Shown in pieces: positions 9,403 through 19,072 of a stretch of DNA of 64,000 nucleotides. Below the pieces are notes generated by a model. The model made no database searches and was not told where the DNA came from. It saw only the letters and a program-made list of their open reading frames with translations. Source of the DNA: Drouetiella sp. (GTDB lineage Bacteria > Cyanobacteriota > Vampirovibrionia > Obscuribacterales > Obscuribacteraceae). Positions within the stretch are counted from its first letter, which is position 1; each line of letters begins with the position of its first letter. The position numbers and the translations under genes were made by a program. The stretch is taken from positions 70,313-134,312 of the forward strand of contig DATNPZ010000001.1 of assembly GCA_036702965.1 (NCBI GenBank). The letters are read 5' to 3'.

Positions 9403-10569
9403 ATGCGGAAACGATTTTTCGGAATAACTCAAGCTCTTGCTGTTTCAACAACTGTTGCATTACTGACAAGCAATTACGTAGCGGCATTTGCTGCTCCTGA
9501 AGCCGATTTAGAAGAAGCACCGCGTAATGTGTCGGCGAACGCTCAAACAGCCTCCGAGAAACCGAAGGCGAAAGGGCAAACGACGCAGCTCTTGAAGGGC
9601 TCCGTTGACTACGTTGTTCCGCAAGGCACCGAGTTCAAGCTGAAGTTAGCTTCTGTACCAAGCACCGGAATGCATCTGTTTGATCGCGATCTGGATGGAA
9701 ATTTATACCCGGCGGAAGTGGGTCAGGAAGTTACAGCCAAAACTTCCGAAGACATGTACATTGATGACAACAAAGTCATTCCAGAAGGCACGATTTTTCA
9801 TGGCACCGTCACGAAGATTGCGGACCCACGCAGGCTGCACAGAGATGGTTATCTCTCAATTTCTTTTGACCATTTAAAAACTCCAGACGGAAAAGTTTTC
9901 GCGTTCAAGGCTGATGCGAACAATTTCGTAAAATCAACGAACAAATCGAAGGCTCGTGAAGCAGGCCGAGTTGCAGCTCACGCGGCTGGTGGAGCCATTG
10001 TAGGAGCTTTAGTCGCTTATCAAATTTTCGGTTGGAGAGGCACGGTCGCCACCCACGGATATAACATCGCAGGTGGTGCCGCCGGCGGTGCGCTGATCGC
10101 CACTGGTTTTGCTTTGATGGACAAAGGCAAAAAAGCCGTGCTCGAACCAGGCGACAACTTGAATATGAAGATCGATACCGACTTGCTGATGCCTGCAGCC
10201 GTTGAGCCAACAGTCAAGGTAGGCTCGCAGAATTTGGACGGACTGGACGTTCAGGTGGAAAAGTCCAAGCTTGTGAAAGATGGATTGGATGGCCACCTGG
10301 TTCGCCTTGACGTCGTGATCGCCAACGATAGCGATAGGGAACTGAAGTCTATCGACCTCTACCTCGAAGACGGAAACGGCAACCGCAGCCCAATCTGTAA
10401 CGGCGTAGACATCGATTATGACAACACTGAATTTTTGTTTTCCATGAGACCTCACACTCGCCGGAAGGTGCGTCTAAACTTCGCAGTCGAATATCCGAAG
10501 CTACAGCGCCAGTTAGTATGGCTTGACCATAAAAGTCGGCAGGTTTGTTACCGACAAAAGCTTCCTTAA
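9403..10569 (+). CDS. Hypothetical secreted protein with glycine-zipper segment
   Basis: 388 aa. It has a signal-like N-terminus (ALAVSTTVALLTSNYVAAFAAPEA) and a Gly/Ala zipper (AAHAAGGAIVGALVAYQIFGW...GGAAGGALIATGFALM). No catalytic motif was recognised. Confidence 0.5.
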   Translation: MRKRFFGITQALAVSTTVALLTSNYVAAFAAPEADLEEAPRNVSANAQTASEKPKAKGQTTQLLKGSVDYVVPQGTEFKLKLASVPSTGMHLFDRDLDGNLYPAEVGQEVTAKTSEDMYIDDNKVIPEGTIFHGTVTKIADPRRLHRDGYLSISFDHLKTPDGKVFAFKADANNFVKSTNKSKAREAGRVAAHAAGGAIVGALVAYQIFGWRGTVATHGYNIAGGAAGGALIATGFALMDKGKKAVLEPGDNLNMKIDTDLLMPAAVEPTVKVGSQNLDGLDVQVEKSKLVKDGLDGHLVRLDVVIANDSDRELKSIDLYLEDGNGNRSPICNGVDIDYDNTEFLFSMRPHTRRKVRLNFAVEYPKLQRQLVWLDHKSRQVCYRQKLP

Positions 10570-10862
10570 TCGACAAACGTCCAATTCTGTGGGCTTTTCA
10601 GGAAAAGCAAAATTCTGTTTCGTGACTACGTATTTTCCCGTATTGACGAAAAGTTAGCCTGGTTTCATATTATATGCATCGACACGGTTAGATGTGCCTT
10701 CGATCCATCCTATAACCTTACTAGATGCATTGCGATGCACCGTCCGCGGTATCGCGCATCCAGTCCCCAGATCCTTTCGGGATTCGTTTTTCTGCGAATT
10801 CTGATGCGTTTTCACAAGTAGCAACGAGAAGAAGCCCTCTTGCCAGAATTAGGAGTCGCAAA

Positions 10863-12056
10863 ATGCGACCGGATATGACAATTAGTTCGATTGCATCAGA
10901 ATTGATTAGTTCAGCAGGTATATTGACCGGCGAAGTTTTAGTGCAAGCGCACATCCTGGCAAACCGTCATCACGTGCCTTTCGGGCGAGCGCTCGTAATG
11001 AGTGGGCACCTCGGTGAAGGCGACCTGACCTCGCTTCTGCAAGCTTCTCAGATGGTCAAACAGGGCGAAATAACCAAAGAAATGGCTGTTCCAGTAATCA
11101 AAAAAGCCATATCCGAGTGTCTACCATTTTTTAGCATCATCCATCGCGTGCAAGAAAAACCACGCAAGATGTTGGCTGAATTTTTACTGGATACGCACGT
11201 CCTGAACGAGGCGACGCTTGACTCATTCTTAGCGCAGGCAGAAGAGCGTGACTTGACTCTAGGTCGAGTCTTAATTCTCAGCGAAACTCTGACAGCAAAA
11301 CATGTAAAAGATGCAATCGATCTCTTAGTACTAACGAGAGGGAAGTGCATCACGCACGCTTGTTCGATTCGCGCATTCAAATTGATTTGGGCTTCGGAGA
11401 TAAGCCTTCTGGATGCTCTGGCAAAATGTGACGTAGAAATATTTGATGCGATGCCAAAATTAGGCGAGCTGCTCTGTGACGCCGGAGTGCTATCTGAAAC
11501 AGAAGCGCTGACTGCCGCAGAAATAGGACTGGAGCAGAACAAGCCAATTGGTGAAGTGCTTTTCGAAAGCGGATTGACACCACCGTTGGTGCTCAAAGCT
11601 GCACTTCGCCTGCAAAGCATGGTAATGAACGGTAAGTTGAATGACGCTCAGGCTCAAGTCTTGCTGAAGCAAGCACATGAACATCAGGTGCCTGTCGAAA
11701 AAGTTCTCGAAGAACTGGGAGAATTCAAAAAAGACATCGTAGATTTCTTGAGACGGTCAAGAAAAATCTCGGAAAAGGACCTAAGAACTGCAATCGAAAG
11801 ATTTCCATCTTTCCGCGACGATCACGCTCGAGCCCTGATGGCTAATGAAGCATTGCCACTGAAGACTCTTAAAACTGCCGTACACAGCCTTAACTTGGTG
11901 CGGGGCAGCGTCGCCAGCATGGACCAAGCGATTATGGTCTTCCACTATTGCTTGAGAACCGGAACATCGGTGAAAGAGGCTAGAAAAGAGTTGACCTGGA
12001 ACAGCAATATCGCTGACGCAAGTCGCATGATTCCCAGCGTCGCCATCGTAGCTTAA
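10863..12056 (+). CDS. Protein built of GspE-N/MshEN-like (T2SSE_N-like) helical repeats
   Basis: Recurrent modules include KLGELLCDAGVLSETEALTAAEIGLEQ, PIGEVLFESGLTPPLVLKAALRLQ, LAEFLLDTHVLNEATLDSFLAQAE and LGRVLILSETLTAKHVKDAIDL. The start was moved to ATG 10863 (MRPDMTISS), preceded by AGGAG 7 nt upstream. The ORF track extends to 10725. Confidence 0.5.
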   Translation: MRPDMTISSIASELISSAGILTGEVLVQAHILANRHHVPFGRALVMSGHLGEGDLTSLLQASQMVKQGEITKEMAVPVIKKAISECLPFFSIIHRVQEKPRKMLAEFLLDTHVLNEATLDSFLAQAEERDLTLGRVLILSETLTAKHVKDAIDLLVLTRGKCITHACSIRAFKLIWASEISLLDALAKCDVEIFDAMPKLGELLCDAGVLSETEALTAAEIGLEQNKPIGEVLFESGLTPPLVLKAALRLQSMVMNGKLNDAQAQVLLKQAHEHQVPVEKVLEELGEFKKDIVDFLRRSRKISEKDLRTAIERFPSFRDDHARALMANEALPLKTLKTAVHSLNLVRGSVASMDQAIMVFHYCLRTGTSVKEARKELTWNSNIADASRMIPSVAIVA

Positions 12057-12080
12057 AAACCCAACCACGACTCCATCTCC

Positions 12081-12104
12081 AATTTAAGAGATATCGCTTA
12101 TTTT
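12081..12104. repeat. Dispersed palindromic element copy
   Basis: The sequence is aattTAAGAGATATCGCTTAtttt. It lies between convergent genes. Confidence 0.75.
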
Positions 12105-12543
12105 ACAGAACCTCTTCCAGCTTGTCGCTGTGGACGTTCTCGTTATCACGATGGGTTGTCAGGTCTGTTCGATGGGCAGTCCATGAACCGTGCACCTGCA
12201 TAGTACTGTCGTAAATCGTCCATTTACCGCGCATCGTTTTTCCGTCATCACTCATCGTTCCAACATATTCGATCGGATGCATCCCGCGCCCGGACTGGAC
12301 GTACTGCTTTGTGAACTGAACGTGCGGGTAAGAGAAGGCTCCAGCACAAACGGCTGGACCAAGCTGTTCGTGGTCGATGATGTCACCGGAAATGGTGTTT
12401 TTATCGGCAACAAATTCCGCATCGAAACCGCTGCCCGAATCCGGAACAGAATGGTAAGTGTAGTGACCGCGCCACCGACCCTCTATGGTGTGAGACATCA
12501 AGCCACCTGCCAAGTCCTTCAAAACTAACATATCACGCCTCAA
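12103..12543 (-). CDS. Hypothetical protein
   Basis: 146-aa ORF that does not compete with a better ORF. The GRWRGHYTYH...GKTMRGKWTI pattern suggests a small beta-rich domain. No family was recognised. Confidence 0.45.
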   Translation of the reverse strand: MRRDMLVLKDLAGGLMSHTIEGRWRGHYTYHSVPDSGSGFDAEFVADKNTISGDIIDHEQLGPAVCAGAFSYPHVQFTKQYVQSGRGMHPIEYVGTMSDDGKTMRGKWTIYDSTMQVHGSWTAHRTDLTTHRDNENVHSDKLEEVL

Positions 12544-12584
12544 GAAGACGATTGTCGGCGCTTGTGGAGTAATCTGCTAATCTA

Positions 12585-13676
12585 ATGAGATGTCTGTTTG
12601 AAATACAGATTGGCAGTGCAGAGTTCAGACACGGTAAAGCTATGATCGTTCCTTGCCCAAAATGTGGCGGAGACTCCGATGACACCGGAAGCAAGTACGT
12701 TTGCGGTGAGTGCTATTGGGTATTCGATAAGGGAGCTCAGATGCAGCCCTCGGCTCCGGCAAGCGGCGGAGGAGGCATGTTCAAGACAGCGCCAGCAGCG
12801 CAGTCTGCGCCCGCTTACAACGGCCCCACGATGTGCCCTAAGTGCTCGGGGAAACTGCTCGATATCAGCGGAAAAATGGTTTGCGAAGACTGTTACCACG
12901 TCGTGGATCTACCGGCAGGAGCACGACCGGCGCCTCAGCCGATGGTCCAAGCTCCAGCCATGCAATCACCGCCGCAGCCTGCAGCAAGACCAGCGCAAGC
13001 AGCCACCGCGATGCCTTCTGCGTGCCCGAAATGCAATGGCAAATTAGTTGATATTGCAGGCAAGCCAGTCTGCGAAACTTGTTTTCACGTAGTTGATGGT
13101 CCCGGTGGTACTCCAGCGGTCCCGGCGAATGCGCCAGCACGTCCAGCTCAAGCTGCGGCACCTCAAGTAGGGGTCCCGACGCCAGCAATGCAGCCACAGC
13201 AAGGACAGCCGCAACAAGTACAACCACAGCAGGCACAGCCACAGCAAATGCCGCAGGCACCAGCCCAAGCGCAATCTCCTGGAGCGCAAAATCCCGCTCT
13301 CGCTCATACTCCAGCTCCTCAACCCACTTTGGTTCCAGCGGCACAACCGGCTGCGGTGCCAACTAACTGCCCGAAGTGCAATGGCAATCTAGTCAATATG
13401 GCCGGAGCCTACGTTTGCGAAAGTTGCTATCACACCGTCGACATTCCCGGAGCAACTCCACCGGCGCCGCCAAGTCCAACGCCATCGCCACTTCGACCGA
13501 CTGCGCCTTCTACACCCTCTAATTTTGCAATGCCGAATCCGGCACCACCGCCTACGTTGAGCCGAAACAGTTTCAAAACGCCAGAAGAAGGCGAGATGTC
13601 ACCGCAGATGATCGGCGGGATTTTGCTCATGGTCATGCTTGTTTTGATGATTGTTTTTCTTGCAATCAAACACTAG
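12585..13676 (+). CDS. Tail-anchored protein with four zinc-ribbon modules separated by Pro/Gln/Ala-rich linkers
   Basis: There are four modules: CPKCGG...YVCGECYWVFD, CPKCSGKLLDISGKMVCEDCYHVVD, CPKCNGKLVDIAGKPVCETCFHVVD and CPKCNGNLVNMAGAYVCESCYHTVD. A C-terminal TM helix is present (IGGILLMVMLVLMIVFLAIKH). An alternative start is ATG 12642 (MIVPCPKCGG). Confidence 0.65.
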   Translation: MRCLFEIQIGSAEFRHGKAMIVPCPKCGGDSDDTGSKYVCGECYWVFDKGAQMQPSAPASGGGGMFKTAPAAQSAPAYNGPTMCPKCSGKLLDISGKMVCEDCYHVVDLPAGARPAPQPMVQAPAMQSPPQPAARPAQAATAMPSACPKCNGKLVDIAGKPVCETCFHVVDGPGGTPAVPANAPARPAQAAAPQVGVPTPAMQPQQGQPQQVQPQQAQPQQMPQAPAQAQSPGAQNPALAHTPAPQPTLVPAAQPAAVPTNCPKCNGNLVNMAGAYVCESCYHTVDIPGATPPAPPSPTPSPLRPTAPSTPSNFAMPNPAPPPTLSRNSFKTPEEGEMSPQMIGGILLMVMLVLMIVFLAIKH

Positions 13677-13707
13677 CGTTACGACGTTGGCACTACATTT
13701 GGTGCGC

Positions 13708-14799
13708 TCAGAAACGCTCGGTTGTGAACGAAATTGGCGCATCTGGAATTTGCACTTTTGGCCAGCCTTCTGGATGGTCGCTCCAGAAGCCAGTCACAAG
13801 CTGAACGAGCTGCCCCGGCGTAAGTCCTTTGTCGTTGTTTTGACACATCACAGCAAGCGGATCACGCATTGAAACCTTACTCAAATTGACGTTCAAAGCC
13901 TTCTCAAACGCTTCCAAATTTACTACCCGAGAGAGATGCCCTGTGCTCAAGCGAATCACATTCGTCTGATCGATCAATCCCAACTTCAAGAGGCGCTCTG
14001 GCGTCGAATCAAGCCACTCGACGCTGCTATATTGGTTTCGCATGTTGGCGAAAAGTGCTAAGCCGTCTTTAAATGCATTATCCGAAAGGTAGACCCACTC
14101 TGCCACAACAAGTCGCCCCTTTTGTTGCGACCGCCCCAGATCCAAAATCATGTATCCATCTTCGTGTACAAGCGTTTGCCAAACAAAGTCTGGACCGAAA
14201 ATACTGGCCATACGCTGCCAGCGTTTCTCACTGCGGCGAATGCCTAAATTGCCGTTAGAGAGCCACTGCTCGCGCAATGCTGCTGCTTTTTCGTGACGAT
14301 TGCCGGGCACAATCGTGTAATTCTTCGCGCTTCCAAAGTTGCTCAAGTGCTCGAAGTAATCCAGGTTCAACTCAATTTGATAATGCCAATCCGAGACCGC
14401 CCATCCCATCGATTCGTAAATCGAAGGCTTCGACGCGCCCAGCATGGACAGCGGAATTTTTCGTCTGTGCGCTGACTTGAGGCACTCAGTCAGTAAAGCT
14501 TTTACCAGCCCCTGTCCTCGGCGCGTCGGAGTGCTCGCGACTGCAGCAATGCCAAGACAAGGAATCCATTTGCCGAAGGCACGAACTTCGAAGTCGTGCA
14601 TACCAACCACGGCCCCCAATTCTTCGCCGATGTAAGCGCCTAGAACCGAGTCCAACTCATTCTCGGCGTAGTCTCTCCAGAAAGCGCGGCGTAAATCGCC
14701 AAAAGATAGCACCCAGACATCAACCGCTTTTTCCAACTCAGGACGACTGATCGGTTTGACGGAAAAAGGCAGATGTTCGCGCGGGTCTTTCGTAGACAT
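13708..14799 (-). CDS. GNAT family N-acetyltransferase, Eis-like architecture
   Basis: The acetyl-CoA binding region is LGIAAVASTPTRRGQGLVKALLTECL, and the long C-terminal extension is typical of Eis-type enzymes. The start was moved to the ATG at 14799 (MSTKDPRE). The ORF track extends to 14880. Confidence 0.6.
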   Translation of the reverse strand: MSTKDPREHLPFSVKPISRPELEKAVDVWVLSFGDLRRAFWRDYAENELDSVLGAYIGEELGAVVGMHDFEVRAFGKWIPCLGIAAVASTPTRRGQGLVKALLTECLKSAHRRKIPLSMLGASKPSIYESMGWAVSDWHYQIELNLDYFEHLSNFGSAKNYTIVPGNRHEKAAALREQWLSNGNLGIRRSEKRWQRMASIFGPDFVWQTLVHEDGYMILDLGRSQQKGRLVVAEWVYLSDNAFKDGLALFANMRNQYSSVEWLDSTPERLLKLGLIDQTNVIRLSTGHLSRVVNLEAFEKALNVNLSKVSMRDPLAVMCQNNDKGLTPGQLVQLVTGFWSDHPEGWPKVQIPDAPISFTTERF

Positions 14800-14919
14800 A
14801 AGAGAAATACCAAAAGTTGCGGGCACATCATATCGCGATATGCAATCAATATTTTCCACACAACAATAAAATTGCACCACCGTTATCAGCCAGTCAGACC
14901 GGATTTGCGGTGGAACGAA

Positions 14920-14943
14920 TAATTAAGCGATATCGCTTAAAAA
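14920..14943. repeat. Dispersed palindromic element copy (perfect 18-bp palindrome)
   Basis: The sequence is ataaTTAAGCGATATCGCTTAAaaat. It lies between divergent genes. Confidence 0.85.
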
Positions 14944-15073
14944 TCCAGGTGCCTGAGGACGCCGGTTGCGCTTTTGCTTCCAGGAGAGGTGTCGCGTGAT
15001 TTACGTATTTGCGTGCGTGGATGTCACTGCTATCCTCTTCACAACTAGGGACAGCCTTTGAGGTCCGCGTGTA

Positions 15074-16561
15074 ATGAGCAATGAACAATTGCTTGGTTCG
15101 CGTCAGCGTCAGTTCATCGATGGACTGCCGGAACACTCGCCGACGAACCAGCTAGATCAACGGAATCCACTGTCTGAAGAGTATTCGAACCACGTGCTCA
15201 CGAACCGCGAGGGCACAACATCTGCACCGCTGCTGCGCGTTGAGAACAGCAATCCTGGCGCATCCATCTCAGCCCGCGACGCCAGCCAGCCGAAAAGCGA
15301 CGCGTCAGCACCCTCAACCTCGAGCGATGATAAAAGCGCATCGGGTCGTTCTGCAGGCGACACCACTGGTAGTGGCGACGCCTCAACGGGCAGCGGAGAA
15401 AAACTCTCTCTGCCTCAAGCTAAAATAGCATTTTCAGAAGAACACAAAATTAAAATTTCAACCGAGCACGACAAATTCGTCTATTCAATGCAGTACGGCG
15501 GCGCACAGCATAAGCTTTTCGAAACGAGCGCGGATCAAAAAGGTTTGGACAGCGCTTCAACTCAGCTCAAAAGTCTAGTCGCAGACGAAGAGAAAAGTCT
15601 CTCAGCAGCGTACAAAGTATCGTTTGCGAAAGCTGGCGAATTCGTCGCAAAACAGAAGGAGACATCAGAAAGTCCTGATTCTGCAAACGCAGTTGTGGCA
15701 AGAGATCCTGAGTTATTCGAATTGAAAGGTATTCGCGCTGCGCTAGAAAAAAGCGGACCAAGCAACGTTGCTGCGGACGGAAAAACTGGTGTCAAATTCT
15801 ACGAATTGACAGACCGTGTGATCACCGGCATCGATTCACTCGCAACCTTTCAGCAAGATAAGGACAACAAACCTTCCGTCTATCTCTGGCCAAAATTTCA
15901 ATCACTAGATTTTGCAACGGAAGCAGACAGAACGCCAGATCAAAGGCTCCCATTCACAGACGGCAATCGCCGAGAATCCGTTGAAGGCGCGGTTATCCAC
16001 GAACTAGGTCACCACCAATTCAGCAAACTCGGATATGACCCCAAAACAAACCCAAACGCACTTGCATCCGAGACAAAATTGTTCGAACGCATGGGTTGGA
16101 AAAAGCGATTGGACGAGAAAGACTCAGACTACAACTGGCTTTTGCAAGCGAAAGAAAAATCCGATAACGGGCAACCCGCCACCTACTTGCCCGAATTCAC
16201 TGGGATGTTTTTCTCGTTTGGACGTTGGCGACAAGTTGGCGGACCAGAAAACGAGCAAGGACACCTCGGACCTGCAGATAAAATGCAACGTTTGGGCGAA
16301 TCCGAAATGGAGGCTCATGCACGTGTAAAACCTCCGTCCTGGTATTTCGAATCACCAGAAGAAGAGTACGCAAAAGCGGTTCGAGCCTTTCGAACAAGCA
16401 CTGAATCGCGGGCTGCATTGCAAAAAAACAGCCCTGAATTGTTCACCTTGATGAAGGAAAACGATCAGAGGGAGATCAACCAACTATACGGTACAAATTC
16501 CGACGGCACGCCGAAAAAGACTCGCAACGAAAATGGCGAGATAGTGGATTCGAAAAGGTGA
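15074..16561 (+). CDS. Hypothetical protein with HExxH zinc-peptidase motif
   Basis: 495 aa. The N-terminal third is Ser-rich and looks disordered. A single AVIHELGHHQF motif is present. No signal peptide was seen. Confidence 0.45.
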   Translation: MSNEQLLGSRQRQFIDGLPEHSPTNQLDQRNPLSEEYSNHVLTNREGTTSAPLLRVENSNPGASISARDASQPKSDASAPSTSSDDKSASGRSAGDTTGSGDASTGSGEKLSLPQAKIAFSEEHKIKISTEHDKFVYSMQYGGAQHKLFETSADQKGLDSASTQLKSLVADEEKSLSAAYKVSFAKAGEFVAKQKETSESPDSANAVVARDPELFELKGIRAALEKSGPSNVAADGKTGVKFYELTDRVITGIDSLATFQQDKDNKPSVYLWPKFQSLDFATEADRTPDQRLPFTDGNRRESVEGAVIHELGHHQFSKLGYDPKTNPNALASETKLFERMGWKKRLDEKDSDYNWLLQAKEKSDNGQPATYLPEFTGMFFSFGRWRQVGGPENEQGHLGPADKMQRLGESEMEAHARVKPPSWYFESPEEEYAKAVRAFRTSTESRAALQKNSPELFTLMKENDQREINQLYGTNSDGTPKKTRNENGEIVDSKR

Positions 16562-16607
16562 CTGACACGTAAGTCCGACATCTAGTCTCCGAACTTCGAT
16601 CGACGGT

Positions 16608-16955
16608 TTAAGACTTGCCCTCGTCAGAAGAGGACTCAGCAGCGGCACTGGGATCGCCCTTGAAGTTGGCTTTCGCACTTACGAGCTGTTCTTCAATCGC
16701 TGAAATTTCATCTTCAAGCGCGCGGTATTTCTCGAAGTCTTCGCCGCAGGCCTTCAGAACTTCATCGCCCTTGAACGTCGAGTGCTCCTTATACAAGTCG
16801 AATACACTCTGCCCGATCTGCTTCAACAAGCGCTCTTTCTCTTGTTTCTTAGATTGGATTTCCAGCTTCAATTTTGTGAATTGAGTCGCAAAATTAGCCG
16901 TTTTTCCGATTACCTTTAAATCCGCTTTGGCCTTATCGAGAAAACTTTCTTTCAT
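16608..16955 (-). CDS. Small coiled-coil protein, function unknown
   Basis: 115 aa, heptad-rich and charged (KLKLEIQSKKQEKERLLKQIGQ...). It has a clean ORF. Confidence 0.45.
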   Translation of the reverse strand: MKESFLDKAKADLKVIGKTANFATQFTKLKLEIQSKKQEKERLLKQIGQSVFDLYKEHSTFKGDEVLKACGEDFEKYRALEDEISAIEEQLVSAKANFKGDPSAAAESSSDEGKS

Positions 16956-17057
16956 AACAATCCTTATTTAATTTGCGACGAACTGGCCCTAGATTACCTG
17001 AGCATAGCTCAAATCAGAAACCATAACAACGCTAACCTCAAACCTGAGAACGCTGGA

Positions 17058-18050
17058 CTAAAGATGCACAGCTTTCATCGCCTGTTCAGCATAACGGGGA
17101 CCAGATGTCGAACCCGCCGGTAGAATTTTATTCAACTCCTCAATCTCATCCACACTAATTTTTACGTTGACCGAATGCATATTGTCGAGCAGATATTTAA
17201 TTCTTTTGGTTCCGGGAATTGGAATCATATCCTTCCCTTGAGCCAACACCCAGGCTAATGCAAATTGGCTTGGTGTGCAGCTTTTAGCCTTTGCCATTTC
17301 TTCGATGCGCGCAACTAATTCCAGATTTTTTTGAAAATTTTTGCCCTGGAATCGAGGAGAGTTATGACGATAATCATTCGCCGGAATATCTGATGGTGTC
17401 TTGAACTGCCCCGTCAAGAAGCCGCGCCCGAGGGGACTATACGCAACAAATGCGACATCCAACGCTCGCGTAGTTTCAAGTAACGCACCTTCTGGATCGC
17501 GCGTCCACAAAGAGTACTCTGTCTGCAGTGCAGCAATCGGATGTACCTTTACTGCTTTCCGGATAGTCTCTGGAGCCGCCTCAGACAAGCCCAGGAAGCG
17601 AACCTTGCCCTCCTTGACTAAATCTTGCATCGCGCCCACAGTCTCTTCAATTGGAATTTTAGGATCAACCCTGTGCTGATAGTACAAATCGATCACATCC
17701 ACGTTCAATCGCTTCAAACTGGCTTCACAACACTCTTTCACGTACTGCCTGTCGCCACGAACGCCCATGAACTCGCCATTCGGTCCGCGAACGTTGCCGA
17801 ACTTAGTTGCGAGAATAGCTTTGTCTCGCTTCCCTGAAAGTGCCTTGCCGACAAGGATTTCGTTTCGTCCAGAACCATACATATCTGCCGTATCGAGAAA
17901 ATTCCCACCTTCATCGAAATATTTGTGGATAACTTTTATGGATTCGTCGTCATTCATATCCTCGGGTGAGTAGAACTCACTCATGCCCATACAACCGAGT
18001 CCAACTGCGGATACTTGTAAATCACTTGATCCTAGACGACGCTTTTCCAT
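17058..18050 (-). CDS. Aldo/keto reductase
   Basis: 330 aa. The N-terminus [27 protein letters not shown], plus DTADMYG and LYYQHRVD, are typical of AKR family members. Confidence 0.9.
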   Translation of the reverse strand: MEKRRLGSSDLQVSAVGLGCMGMSEFYSPEDMNDDESIKVIHKYFDEGGNFLDTADMYGSGRNEILVGKALSGKRDKAILATKFGNVRGPNGEFMGVRGDRQYVKECCEASLKRLNVDVIDLYYQHRVDPKIPIEETVGAMQDLVKEGKVRFLGLSEAAPETIRKAVKVHPIAALQTEYSLWTRDPEGALLETTRALDVAFVAYSPLGRGFLTGQFKTPSDIPANDYRHNSPRFQGKNFQKNLELVARIEEMAKAKSCTPSQFALAWVLAQGKDMIPIPGTKRIKYLLDNMHSVNVKISVDEIEELNKILPAGSTSGPRYAEQAMKAVHL

Positions 18051-18236
18051 TCGACATACCTACGTTTCAAAGGTCACTGGTGCTCTTGATCGCAAACACT
18101 GTTACAACTATTGCGGAGAGATGATCGTAACCGACAGCTGAAAATATTCCTTAGAACCGCACGAACACAGCAATAACTGACAAGCATGTCAATTGGTTTA
18201 TGCTGATCACAAGAGCAATAATGGCGAGGAATTATC

Positions 18237-18722
18237 ATGCAAAAGGTAACACCGTTTTTGTGGTTTGATGAACAAGCAGAAGAAGCTGTCAACTTCTACA
18301 CGTCGATATTCAAGAATTCAAAAATCAAGCAAGTATCACGCTACGACAGAGACAGTGCTAAAGCTTCGGGGCGCGCGGAAGGCTCGGTCATGGTCATAAC
18401 TTTCGAACTGGATGGTCAGGACTACATGGCTTTAAATGGCGGTCCCGTGTTCAAATTCAATCCAGCGATCTCGTTTATGATCAACTGCGACACACAAGAA
18501 GAAATCGACAGAATGTGGGACGAGCTCAGCGATGGAGGCAGCATTCAAGGCTGCGGTTGGGTGACGGACAAGTTCGGAATTTCATGGCAAGTGGTGCCAA
18601 AAGTTTTCGGAACAATGATGAAAGATCCGGATGCTGCAAAAACACGTCGCGTCATGGCATCACTTTTGCAGATGCAAAAATTGGATATCGAGGCACTCGA
18701 AAAAGCATTCGCAGGCGTTTAA
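18237..18722 (+). CDS. VOC-superfamily protein, PhnB / 3-demethylubiquinone methyltransferase-like domain
   Basis: 161 aa. MQKVTPFLWFDEQAEEAVNFYTSIF...KFGISWQVVP is characteristic of this family. A GAGGAA RBS lies upstream. Confidence 0.85.
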   Translation: MQKVTPFLWFDEQAEEAVNFYTSIFKNSKIKQVSRYDRDSAKASGRAEGSVMVITFELDGQDYMALNGGPVFKFNPAISFMINCDTQEEIDRMWDELSDGGSIQGCGWVTDKFGISWQVVPKVFGTMMKDPDAAKTRRVMASLLQMQKLDIEALEKAFAGV

Positions 18723-18857
18723 TCACGCTTGTCGAGGGACAGCGCCTCGCAGGCGTTTAATCACGCTTGCCGAGAGACAGCACTCGCAGGCGTTTAATCA
18801 CGCTTGCCGAGGGACAGCACTCGCAGGCTTTTAATCACGCTTGCCGAGGGACAGAAT
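18709..18857. repeat. Tandem array, 37-38 bp unit, 4 copies, seeded from the 3' end plus stop of the VOC gene
   Basis: TCGCAGGCGTTTAA (TCGCAGGCTTTTAA in the last copy) starts at 18709, 18747, 18784 and 18821. The first copy contains the real FAGV codons plus the TAA at 18720-18722. Confidence 0.9.
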
Positions 18858-18936
18858 GCGCGTCCAGACAGAACCGTATTTAGTGCCACCGTATTAAGTG
18901 GCACAATCGCGAGCGTTCAGTTTCATAAACATAAAT

Positions 18937-19008
18937 CTGGGGTGCAAGGATTCGAACCTCGGAATGGCTGGATCAGAACCAGCTGCCTTACCACTTGGCG
19001 ACACCCCA
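18937..19008 (-). tRNA. tRNA-Gln (anticodon CUG)
   Basis: The minus-strand sequence is TGGGGTG TC GCCAAGTGGTAAGGC A GCTGG TTCTGAT CCAGC CATTC CGAGG TTCGAAT CCTTG CACCCCA G. It folds as a cloverleaf with a U1-A72 pair and G73 discriminator, as in bacterial tRNA-Gln. No CCA is encoded. Confidence 0.9.
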
Positions 19009-19024
19009 ATGTGCTTGTCTTAGC

Positions 19025-19053
19025 ATACTAGAAATCTTCCGAAGAAGTGTCAA
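19025..19053 (-). promoter_or_regulatory. Sigma70-like promoter for tRNA-Gln
   Basis: The minus strand reads TTGACA, a 17-nt spacer, then TAGTAT. The -10 element ends 16 nt upstream of the tRNA 5' end. Confidence 0.6.
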
Positions 19054-19072
19054 TAAGCTCAACGCAGTAAAG

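Noticed and set aside
10725-10862. N-terminal extension of the 10725..12056 ORF
   Set aside because: The extension has no features. A strong AGGAG RBS precedes the internal ATG at 10863, and a TTGACG - 17 nt - CATATT promoter-like sequence (10643-10671) lies further upstream.
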